A DNA stretch of 64,000 nt, taken from assembly GCA_903904605.1 (NCBI GenBank), contig CAIVDC010000135.1, positions 7,173-71,172 of the forward strand, written 5' to 3'. The stretch is from an uncultured Sterolibacterium sp. Its GTDB lineage: Bacteria > Pseudomonadota > Gammaproteobacteria > Burkholderiales > Rhodocyclaceae. The notes under the pieces are model-generated. The model did not search any database. It had not been told where the DNA came from and saw only the letters and a program-made list of their open reading frames with translations. Positions 27,831-35,659 of the stretch are shown piece by piece; position 1 is the first letter of the stretch; every line of letters starts with the position of its first letter. A program made the translations under genes and the position numbers.

Positions 27831-29672
27831 TCAGCCGGGGCCGGTGTCGTACAGACGCTTCGCCCCGGCCGCGGAACGAGGCAGTGCTTCCTGTGCGGAT
27901 TGCGCATCGTCCTCATTGCCGAGCGCACTGGCACTCAGGTCCGGTCTCAGGCTGGCATCGATGAACGGCCGGGCGGAGACGCCGGCCGCCGCTTCTAGCG
28001 CCGCGAGGCGGGCTTCCACCGCTCCCGCCCAGTCGCCGGCGCTGCCGAAGACACTGCCCGGGCCGCCGCCCGGCCGATCTGCGAGCTTGTGGTCGGCGAA
28101 CTTGTCGGCGCCCTTGTCCAGGGCCGCGGACTTGTCCGTCATCGGCTTTTCCACTTCCTTGCGGACGCTCTTCTCGATCTCCTTGACCGCTTCCTTCCCG
28201 ACCTCCTTCGAGCTTTCCTTCAGGACATTCTTGCGGTCGGTGATCTCCTTCACCTTGACGACGCATTTCACCGCAACGGTGGCGCTCATGACCGCCGCGG
28301 AAGCCGAGATGTTGGATACCGACACGCAGGTATTGACACGGCCATAGCTGAGCGAGTTCGGGGTCGAGGCACTGTCGAACTTGCCGTTGTTGCTCGTGCC
28401 GGGGAAAGGATCGCCGGCATCGCCGCGGTTGTGGCCGAGTTCCAGGTCGCGCTTGCCGTCGGCCTGGATCAGGGCGACCTTGGGATGGTTCTCGTCGCTG
28501 TTGGCGGCGATGGACTCGTCTATGTGCCAGACGAGCAGGCCATCACCGGGCAAGTCCGCGTCGTAGCCTTTGCGTTGCCTGTTTTCCATCAGGAAGTATT
28601 CGTTGCCGCCGGCACCGTCCTTCCAGAGACGATAGAGGGTATGGCTGTCCTTGACGTCGCCGATGGACAGGTTGCCGTTGGCCGTCAGGTTGACGGTGCT
28701 GGCCCAGCCCTGATTGGCCTTGCACCAGGCGGACGGGTGGGAAGGAATATCTCCGCCGCCGTTCCAGCTGCCACCCGACATCAGGCACCAGTTGCCGACA
28801 CCGGAACTGGAATAGTCGGTGTCGTAAAGATCGGGAAGGCCGAACAGCAGGTGCCCCAGTTCATGGCAGCAAACGCCGATGCGGGAGTCCTCGGGGACCG
28901 TCAGATAGCTGTAGATCTTGGTGCTGCCGTCGGCGGTGTAGGCGCCGCCCGGCAGGTTCCATTTGTGCGACCAGATGTCACCCGAACTGCCCGATACTTC
29001 GGCGCCGGTCCCGGCATGGATGACGATGAAGGCATCGACGAAGCCGTCATGGTCGTTGTCGTATTGGGAATAGTCCACCGTCGGATTGGACGCCACGGCC
29101 GCGTCATAGGCCATGGTGCGCGCATTGGGCAGCGCCCCGCCCATGCCGGATGCGCCGTGAGCGTATTCGCCGAGTGTCTTCGGCAGGGTGAACGGGCCGG
29201 TCACCTGGCCGACGATGTCCACCAGGCCGTGGGTCACGTCCCGGTAGTATTCCCTGACGCTGCCGTGAGGAAGCTTGCCGAGCGAGAAGAACAGATCTTC
29301 GAAATGTGCCTTGGTGTTGGCCATGGTCTTGTCGGAAAACTGCGCCAGAACGACCGCCACCTTGAGCGTGCCGGTGAGCGGCGAACGATCCGCCGCGGCG
29401 CTCCTGACCACCCGGGCGGAAGTCCCGAGCGGAAACATGTCGCCGGGATAGATCAGACCATCGTTCATGCCGGGGGACGCGGGCGCCCTGAGCTTCATCA
29501 GATGGGCGATTTCGGGTGCCGCCGCCTTCATGTTGTCCAGTTGCGCTTTCAACTGTTTCGCCAGGTCCGGGTGAGGGGCCACCATGCAACGGTGGCCATC
29601 GTGGGTTTCCCGCGCGGCCCGGTAGACCCGCGCCACGGCCTGCAGAACTTCCCGCTGGTGTTCGTGCGACAT
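27831..29672 (-). CDS. M6-family (InhA-like) zinc metalloprotease, no signal peptide, with a 141-aa low-complexity C-terminal tail
   Basis: The start is at M23 of the track ORF (MSHEHQ), downstream of AGGAGGAG. The zinc motif is CCHELGHLLFGLPDLYD (HELGH at 28851-28865). Further M6-type conserved blocks are present (DIWSHKW, GNWCLMS, DGLLVWHID). The N-terminus is hydrophilic. Confidence 0.8.
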   Translation of the reverse strand: MSHEHQREVLQAVARVYRAARETHDGHRCMVAPHPDLAKQLKAQLDNMKAAAPEIAHLMKLRAPASPGMNDGLIYPGDMFPLGTSARVVRSAAADRSPLTGTLKVAVVLAQFSDKTMANTKAHFEDLFFSLGKLPHGSVREYYRDVTHGLVDIVGQVTGPFTLPKTLGEYAHGASGMGGALPNARTMAYDAAVASNPTVDYSQYDNDHDGFVDAFIVIHAGTGAEVSGSSGDIWSHKWNLPGGAYTADGSTKIYSYLTVPEDSRIGVCCHELGHLLFGLPDLYDTDYSSSGVGNWCLMSGGSWNGGGDIPSHPSAWCKANQGWASTVNLTANGNLSIGDVKDSHTLYRLWKDGAGGNEYFLMENRQRKGYDADLPGDGLLVWHIDESIAANSDENHPKVALIQADGKRDLELGHNRGDAGDPFPGTSNNGKFDSASTPNSLSYGRVNTCVSVSNISASAAVMSATVAVKCVVKVKEITDRKNVLKESSKEVGKEAVKEIEKSVRKEVEKPMTDKSAALDKGADKFADHKLADRPGGGPGSVFGSAGDWAGAVEARLAALEAAAGVSARPFIDASLRPDLSASALGNEDDAQSAQEALPRSAAGAKRLYDTGPG

Positions 29673-29724
29673 GTTCTCCTCCTTTCGCAGTCTATGGAGT
29701 CTCCTCTTGCGGCGAGACGTCGTA

Positions 29725-29747
29725 AATGCATACAGCATGTATGCATT
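29725..29747. promoter_or_regulatory. AT-rich perfect palindrome AATGCATACA-gca-TGTATGCATT (putative operator)
   Basis: 10-bp perfect inverted arms are separated by 3 nt. The site lies in the 223-bp divergent intergenic region between the M6 protease and the aldehyde dehydrogenase. Confidence 0.5.
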
Positions 29748-29895
29748 CCGTCGGCATTATCCGGCAGGCATTTCCTGACGGTCAAGCCTCGGCTCGCATT
29801 TGCTCCCGAAACGTGCGGCGCATGGAAAGCCGGCACCATGCACGGTATGATGGCGACCGCGCCCCGGCAAGATCCCCAACTCAAGCGAGAAGCTC

Positions 29896-31332
29896 ATGGA
29901 AAACCGCGACAAGCTCTACATCAACGGCCGGTGGGCCATCCCGAACGGCAGGCAGACCATCGAGGTCATCAACCCCGCCACCGAGGCGGTGATCGGGCGC
30001 GTTCCCGAGGGTACGGAGACCGACGTCGCTGCGGCCGTCGCCGCGGCCCGGGCCGCCTTCCCCGAGTGGAGCCGGAGCACCCCGGAACAGCGCGCCGGAT
30101 TCCTGTCGAAGATCCAGGAAGGCCTGGCGGCCCGGACGGATGAGATCGCCCGCACCATCACCGCCGAGGTCGGCATGCCGCTCAAGCTCTCGACCCGGAT
30201 CCAGGCAGGTTCGCCCATCGCCATCTTCGGCCTCTACGCCAGGATGGCCGGTGAATTCAAGTTCGAGGAACAGGTCGGCCATTCGCGGGTTGTGCGTGAA
30301 CCCGTCGGCGTCGTCGCCCTGATCACGCCCTGGAACTACCCCCTGCACCAGATCGCCGCGAAAGTCGCGCCGGCCCTCGCTGCGGGCTGCACCATCGTGC
30401 TCAAGCCCTCGGAAGTGGCACCGCTCAATGCCTTCATCCTGGCCGAAGTGATCGCGGCGGCAGGCCTGCCCGACGGCGTCTTCAACCTAGTCACCGGTTT
30501 CGGCGCGGCGGTGGGCGAGGCGCTGGTGCGCCACCCCGAGGTGGACATGGTTTCCTTCACCGGTTCCACCCGCGCCGGAAAACGCGTCTCGGAACTGGCG
30601 GCGCAGACCGTCAAGCGCGTGGCGCTGGAACTGGGCGGCAAGTCGGCGGCCGTGATCCTCGACGACGCGGACTTCGCGACCGCCGTGAAGGCCACGGTCA
30701 ATGCCTGCTTCCTCAACAGCGGCCAGACCTGCACCGCCCACACGCGCATGCTGGTGCCCGAGTCCCGCTACGACGAAGCGGCGCAACTGGCCGTCGCAGC
30801 GGCGCAGGCGTTCACCCTCGGCGACCCCTTCGCCGACACCACCCGCCTGGGCCCCCTGGCCTCGGCGATGCAGCGGGACCGGGTGCGCGATTACATCAGG
30901 CAGGGCATCGGCGAAGGTGCCGTTCTGCTTTGCGGCGGACCGGAGGCGCCGGAGGCGCTGAGCCAGGGCTTTTACGTCAAACCGACGATCTTCGGCCGGG
31001 TCAGTCCCGGAAGCACGATCGCCCAGGAGGAGATCTTCGGCCCGGTGCTCGCCATCATCACCTACCGGGACGAGGACGATGCCGTGGCTATCGCCAACGG
31101 CACCCTCTACGGACTGGCCGGCGCGGTCTGGTCGGGCAGCGACGATCAGGCGCTGAAAGTGGCGCTGCGGCTGCGCACAGGCCAAATCGACATCAACGGC
31201 GGCGCGTTCAACCTGCAGGCGCCCTTCGGCGGCTACAAGCAGTCGGGCAACGGCCGCGAATTGGGCAAGTACGGCCTCGAGGAATTCCTCGAGTACAAGG
31301 CGCTGCAGATGAAGCCGGCGAAGGCCGGCTGA
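29896..31332 (+). CDS. NAD(P)+-dependent aldehyde dehydrogenase
   Basis: 478 aa. It has the catalytic Glu in [10 protein letters not shown] and the catalytic Cys in [10 protein letters not shown], plus EEIFGPV. Confidence 0.9.
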   Translation: MENRDKLYINGRWAIPNGRQTIEVINPATEAVIGRVPEGTETDVAAAVAAARAAFPEWSRSTPEQRAGFLSKIQEGLAARTDEIARTITAEVGMPLKLSTRIQAGSPIAIFGLYARMAGEFKFEEQVGHSRVVREPVGVVALITPWNYPLHQIAAKVAPALAAGCTIVLKPSEVAPLNAFILAEVIAAAGLPDGVFNLVTGFGAAVGEALVRHPEVDMVSFTGSTRAGKRVSELAAQTVKRVALELGGKSAAVILDDADFATAVKATVNACFLNSGQTCTAHTRMLVPESRYDEAAQLAVAAAQAFTLGDPFADTTRLGPLASAMQRDRVRDYIRQGIGEGAVLLCGGPEAPEALSQGFYVKPTIFGRVSPGSTIAQEEIFGPVLAIITYRDEDDAVAIANGTLYGLAGAVWSGSDDQALKVALRLRTGQIDINGGAFNLQAPFGGYKQSGNGRELGKYGLEEFLEYKALQMKPAKAG

Positions 31333-31625
31333 AACCAAGGGCTCGCCGCCTCGACCGGGATATTCAGCGCGGCGGCAAGTACCGACGCTCCTCTGCCCGG
31401 CTCTTTCGGTCCCCGGCTTTGCCGCCGCACTGATGGTCGGAGCAGCCGCGTGACGGCACGCCCAGGGCCGGGGTTCCGGAAAAACGCGGCATCGAAGCAC
31501 GGGGCAAACGGCCCACGTCTTCATCAGCTTGCCGCAGAAATGCAATTACAGTATTCTACATTCGCCTGCAAGCGCGCCCCGCTGCGGTCCCTCGACGATA
31601 GCCGCCCGGGCATGGCGGCGGAACG

Positions 31626-32414
31626 ATGCCAGACATGAGCGAACATATCCTGAGCGAAGTGACGGACGGCGTGCTTCAGATCGAGATCAGCCGCCGCAGC
31701 AAGAAGAATTCCCTGACCCAGTCGATGTATGCGGCGATGAGCGATGCGCTGCAGCAGGCCGATGCCGACGATGCCGTCCGCGTCGTCCTGCTGCGCGGAC
31801 AGGACGACCTGTTCACCGCCGGCAACGACCTGCAGGATTTCCTCTCGCGCAAGAGCAACGAACCCTCCGAAGCGATGCGCTTCATGCAGGTCATCGCCAC
31901 GTTCGGCAAGCCGCTGGTCGCCGCGGTTGCCGGCAACGCGATCGGTATCGGCACGACCATGCTGCTCCACTGCGATCTGGTCTACGCCGCCGACAATGCC
32001 CGTTTCCAGTTGCCTTTCGTACCGCTCGGATTGTGCCCCGAAGCCGGTTCCAGCCTTCTCCTGCCGCGGTTTGCCGGCCATCAACGCGCTGCCGAACTGC
32101 TTTTTTTCGGCGAGCCTTTCGATGCCGCGAAGGCCTGCGAGATCGGTCTGGTCAATGCAGTCCATCCGCATCCGGAACTGCTTGCCGCCGCAGGCGCGCG
32201 CGCGCGCAAGCTCGCGAGCCTGCCACAGGCGTCGCTCGCCGCGACCAAGTCGCTGATGAAACGCGCCACGGCAACTGTCGTCGCCGACACGATGCAGGCG
32301 GAACTGCTGCATTTCAGCGAACTGGTGGCCGCTCCCGTGGCCAAGGAAATCTTTGCCGCCTTCCTGGAAAAGCGCGCTCCCGATTTTTCAGGGATCGCGG
32401 CGCGCCGCCCATGA
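31626..32414 (+). CDS. Enoyl-CoA hydratase/isomerase family protein
   Basis: 262 aa. The crotonase fold shows FTAGNDLQDF and AVAGNAIGIGTTMLLHCD. MSEHIL at 31635 is an alternative start. Confidence 0.85.
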   Translation: MPDMSEHILSEVTDGVLQIEISRRSKKNSLTQSMYAAMSDALQQADADDAVRVVLLRGQDDLFTAGNDLQDFLSRKSNEPSEAMRFMQVIATFGKPLVAAVAGNAIGIGTTMLLHCDLVYAADNARFQLPFVPLGLCPEAGSSLLLPRFAGHQRAAELLFFGEPFDAAKACEIGLVNAVHPHPELLAAAGARARKLASLPQASLAATKSLMKRATATVVADTMQAELLHFSELVAAPVAKEIFAAFLEKRAPDFSGIAARRP

Positions 32415-32550
32415 GCGTTACGAACCGGCTCCCTGGGCAAAAACGATTCGAAGGCAGAAGCGGCCGACTGGCGGCCGCTTGAGACGCATCCGGTTGCGTG
32501 AAGCGCGTGACCGGATGAATGGCAATTCACCGGTGACTGGGAGATAGGCA

Positions 32551-32874
32551 ATGCGCTCGCCCCGATTCGGATTCTTCGGCATTTTCGTGCCGCTGCTGGT
32601 CTTGTCCCTTGCTGCAGGCGCTCAGGAACCGCAAGCCCCGCATCAGAATGCCGCCCCGCCCGATCCGGGGCGTGAACTGCTGTTGAGCAAATGCGGCCAG
32701 TGCCACACCGATTCGATCTGGCGCGACCAGCGTCAGGACGCGCGCGCCTGGGAAGCGACGCTCTATCGCATGCTGGCTCGCGGCGGCGTCTGGAGCAGTG
32801 AGGAGATCAAAACCATGAGCCAATACCTTGCGGCGAACTTCGGGCCCGATTCGCCCAGGACGCCGGCCCGTTGA
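32551..32874 (+). CDS. Small periplasmic monohaem c-type cytochrome
   Basis: 107 aa. It has a signal peptide (FGIFVPLLVLSLAAGAQE) and a single CGQCH haem-binding motif. Confidence 0.75.
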   Translation: MRSPRFGFFGIFVPLLVLSLAAGAQEPQAPHQNAAPPDPGRELLLSKCGQCHTDSIWRDQRQDARAWEATLYRMLARGGVWSSEEIKTMSQYLAANFGPDSPRTPAR

Positions 32875-32928
32875 CGCCAAGATCGGAAAGCCGCTGAAAT
32901 TTCCCGTGCGCCACCCTAGGAGCTATCG

Positions 32929-34860
32929 ATGAGAGATCTGGTCGAAAAATATCTGTCGAAGTCCATTTCGCGACGCGGCTTTCTGAACAACATGAAGAAG
33001 GTGGGCATCACGGTTGCATCGGCCAAAATGGTGCTGTCCTCGCTCTCCGATGCCGAGGCGCAGACCGCGACGGCCGGGACTTCGTCCGTCGCGGCGGCCT
33101 TGCCGGTCAAGCAGTTCCAGGGTACGGGCGGCGCCTGCCTGGCCGAGCAGCTCATGGCCTGTGGCGTCAGATATGTCTTCGGCAATTCGGCCAGCGAGGA
33201 CGCCGCATTCTATGACGCGCTGGTCGATCGGCCGCAGCTGAATTACATCCTGACCCCGCATGAAGGCCCCGGTGCCGCCATGGCCGCCGGCTATATCAAG
33301 GCCTCTCAGCAGCCGGCGATCGTCATGCAGGCGGGCGCCGTAGGTCTGATGAACGCCATGGGGCAACTGTTCAATGCCCACAAGGAGCAGACTCCGCTGG
33401 TGGTCTATTCCTATCGCACCGATCGGTCGCGCAACGCCGGGTGGGACGGTTTCGAGGAGATCGCCAACCAGGAACAGGTGGTGCAGCCGTTGACCAAATA
33501 TTCGTGGATGGCGCGCGGTTCATCGACGATTGCCGAAACGGTGCGCCATGCCTTCAAGACCTCATGGACGCCGCCTCACGGCCCTTCCTATCTGACCTGG
33601 CACTCCGACTATACCGGCGAGCGGACCCGTACCGAAATCGTGCAACAAAGCCATTTCGACCCGCGCATGCACGTGCGCCCCAACCCGGCTGAAATCGAGC
33701 GTGCGGCCAGGATGCTGGTGGCGGCCAGGATGCCGGTCCTGGTGGTGGGCGACGAGATATACAAGGCCAAGGCAGTCGCCAAGGCCGTGAAACTGGCCGA
33801 ACTGCTCGGCATGCCCGTCACCCAGATGCGCCAGCTGTGGGTCAACTTCCCGCAAGCTCATCCGCTGTGGGTCGGCAATGCGCCGGCGGGTCGCCTGGCG
33901 TCGATTACCTGGCCGAAGAACTTCGATGTCGCCATCAACGTCGGCAACAAGATGCAGCATTCGGGCGCCGCCCCCATCGTCGCGCACGAGATCAAATTCA
34001 TCGACATGCGCATCGACTTCAACAACATGGGCAAAGTCATGACGACCGATGTGCCCCTCGTCTGCGATGTCGGTCTCGGCCTGGACGATCTTATCGCCGC
34101 GGTCGAGCAGATCATGACGCCGAAGCTGCATCAGCTGGCGGCAGATCGTGCGTTGGAAGTGAAAAAGTATACGGACCATGCCCGGGTATTGCTGAAAGGG
34201 GTGGTCAATAATCCCGAGTGGGACAACGCGCCGCTCATCGCCGATCGCGTGACCTGGGAAGTCGCTCAATTCGCCGACCCCGATGCCATCATCGTCCATG
34301 AAGCGGGCTCGGTGGCCATGCACTCGTTCGGTTTCAATCCCGTCGGCGGACGGGAATTGTTCTACTACTACGGGGGCCATCTGGGCTCCGGCGTCGGCGC
34401 AGCCGCCGGCATCAAGCTCGCGCGCCCCAACCAGCAGGTCATCTGCATGGTCGGCGACGGCTCCTTCCTGTTCGGCCCGCAGGCTCTGTGGAACATGGCG
34501 CGCCTAGAGTTGCCGGTCATCGTCATCGTATACAACAACCACGCCTATGGCGGCCCGCATTCGCGCTCCATCGCCAATGTGCCATCCGGGCGCATGGTTG
34601 AAACCGGCCATTACATGGCCAGCTACCTCGGCAATCCGGACATGAACATGGCGTCGATCGCGGCCGGTTTCGGCGTCAAGGGCGAAGTCGTCAATGACCC
34701 CGTGCAACTGAAGGCGGCGCTCGCACGCGCCAGGAAGTCCAGCGTCGACGGAAGGCCCTATCTCATCGATGTTCAGGTCGTGCGGCGCGGCATCGGCTGG
34801 ACCGAGTCGCCCTGGACTCCGCCGGTCAAGGGAGCAGAGATGCGCTCCCGGAAAGTCTAG
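32929..34860 (+). CDS. Thiamine-diphosphate-dependent enzyme (acetolactate-synthase/benzoylformate-decarboxylase superfamily) with a twin-arginine export signal
   Basis: 643 aa. The Tat motif is SRRGFL (32968-32985), followed by a hydrophobic region and AEA. The PYR domain carries the catalytic Glu (TPHEGPGAAMAAGY). The ThDP-binding motif is GDGSFLF...VIVIVYNNHAYG. Confidence 0.8.
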   Translation: MRDLVEKYLSKSISRRGFLNNMKKVGITVASAKMVLSSLSDAEAQTATAGTSSVAAALPVKQFQGTGGACLAEQLMACGVRYVFGNSASEDAAFYDALVDRPQLNYILTPHEGPGAAMAAGYIKASQQPAIVMQAGAVGLMNAMGQLFNAHKEQTPLVVYSYRTDRSRNAGWDGFEEIANQEQVVQPLTKYSWMARGSSTIAETVRHAFKTSWTPPHGPSYLTWHSDYTGERTRTEIVQQSHFDPRMHVRPNPAEIERAARMLVAARMPVLVVGDEIYKAKAVAKAVKLAELLGMPVTQMRQLWVNFPQAHPLWVGNAPAGRLASITWPKNFDVAINVGNKMQHSGAAPIVAHEIKFIDMRIDFNNMGKVMTTDVPLVCDVGLGLDDLIAAVEQIMTPKLHQLAADRALEVKKYTDHARVLLKGVVNNPEWDNAPLIADRVTWEVAQFADPDAIIVHEAGSVAMHSFGFNPVGGRELFYYYGGHLGSGVGAAAGIKLARPNQQVICMVGDGSFLFGPQALWNMARLELPVIVIVYNNHAYGGPHSRSIANVPSGRMVETGHYMASYLGNPDMNMASIAAGFGVKGEVVNDPVQLKAALARARKSSVDGRPYLIDVQVVRRGIGWTESPWTPPVKGAEMRSRKV

Positions 34861-34861
34861 A

Positions 34862-35179
34862 ATGGCATCGACCCTGTGGCGGTACCGATGGCTGGTCGGG
34901 GTCGTTTTGTTCGCCGTCTATGGACTTTCCAGGGCCGGTGAAGCCGATGAGCTTGGACAGGGGCGCGAAATATATCGCGACGCCTGCGCCAGCTGCCATG
35001 GCAACGAGATGATGAATCCCGGTCTGGCGTTTGATCTGCGAAAATTCCCCAAGGGGGATCCCGAGCGTTTCCGGAATTCAGTCCTGAACGGCAAGGGGCA
35101 AGGGATGCCCGCCCTGAAGGGACAACTGTCTGCGGAAGACATCGAGGCCCTGTGGGCCTATGTGAAGAGCGGCGGTTGA
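34862..35179 (+). CDS. Small periplasmic monohaem c-type cytochrome
   Basis: The start is at M32 of the track ORF (MASTLWRY), 1 nt after the stop of the ThDP enzyme. It has a signal peptide and a CASCHG haem motif. Confidence 0.75.
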   Translation: MASTLWRYRWLVGVVLFAVYGLSRAGEADELGQGREIYRDACASCHGNEMMNPGLAFDLRKFPKGDPERFRNSVLNGKGQGMPALKGQLSAEDIEALWAYVKSGG

Positions 35180-35209
35180 GGTTCTCCTTTGTCGCGAAGG
35201 GCTGGATTC

Positions 35210-35238
35210 TTGACAAATTGGGGTGTTATAATTATCAA
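35210..35238 (+). promoter_or_regulatory. Putative promoter of the collagen-like lipoprotein gene (TTGACA-N17-TATCAA)
   Basis: A perfect -35 TTGACA lies at 35210-35215. The -10 candidate TATCAA lies at 35233-35238. A TATAAT at 35227-35232 is too close, at 11 nt spacing. Confidence 0.3.
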
Positions 35239-35318
35239 CTGGTTGGAATGAATCCCGGCCCACCTCGATTTTTTGTAGTTGTTTTGCCTCACTCCTTATC
35301 GATAAAGGGAAATATAAA

Positions 35319-35603
35319 ATGAAACAGTCTCTGCTCGTAGCTGCATTGGTTGCCCTGGCTGTTACAGCCTGCGGCAAGAAAGAAACCCCCCCGCCCGCCC
35401 CGGCTCCGGCTCCGGTTGAGGCTCCTGCTCCTGCCGCGGCCCCGGCCCCGGCCGCTGAAGCTCCGGCTGGTGCTACTGGTGCTACCGGTGCCACTGGCGC
35501 CTCCGGTGCTCCGGGTGCCACTGGTGCCACGGGCGCCACTGGTGCCACCGGCGCTGCCGGCGCTCCTGCTGCCGAGCCGAAGAAGGAAGAGCCCAAGAAG
35601 TAA
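35319..35603 (+). CDS. Small lipoprotein with a Pro/Ala-rich linker and collagen-like Gly-X-Y repeats
   Basis: 94 aa. It has the lipobox LAVTAC, the linker ETPPPAPAPAPVEAPAPAAAPAPAA, 11 consecutive G-X-Y triplets (GATGATGATGASGAPGATGATGATGATGAAGAP) and a KKEEPKK tail. A strong terminator follows. Confidence 0.8.
   Translation: MKQSLLVAALVALAVTACGKKETPPPAPAPAPVEAPAPAAAPAPAAEAPAGATGATGATGASGAPGATGATGATGATGAAGAPAAEPKKEEPKK
35469..35567 (+). repeat. In-frame 9-nt tandem repeat (GGTGCYACY)n encoding the collagen-like triplets
   Basis: The tandem periodicity is directly visible in the sequence and lies inside the lipoprotein CDS. Confidence 0.85.
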
Positions 35604-35618
35604 TCGGGTTCTCCTGCG

Positions 35619-35650
35619 AAAAAAAGCCGGCCCGAAGGCCGGCTTTTTTT
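35619..35650. terminator. Bidirectional rho-independent terminator
   Basis: AAAAAAA-GCCGGCC-cgaa-GGCCGGC-TTTTTTT lies between the convergent lipoprotein and MBL-hydrolase genes. Confidence 0.9.
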
Positions 35651-35659
35651 CGCCCGGTT

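Noticed and set aside
29549-29884. 111-aa minus-strand ORF upstream of and overlapping the protease start, considered as a possible RiPP precursor.
   Set aside because: It overlaps the protease CDS out of frame, is Cys/Arg-rich without Thr/Ser-Lys-Asp/Glu repeat motifs and has no ribosome-binding site.
31529-32482. 317-aa + strand ORF overlapping the enoyl-CoA hydratase in another frame.
   Set aside because: The crotonase motifs are in the 31626 frame. The alternative frame is Arg/Pro/Ala-rich with no domain signature.
35469-35567. The 9-nt tandem repeat considered as a non-coding VNTR or CRISPR-like element.
   Set aside because: It is in frame within a lipoprotein ORF that has a lipobox, a ribosome-binding context and a terminator. 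It encodes Gly-X-Y triplets.
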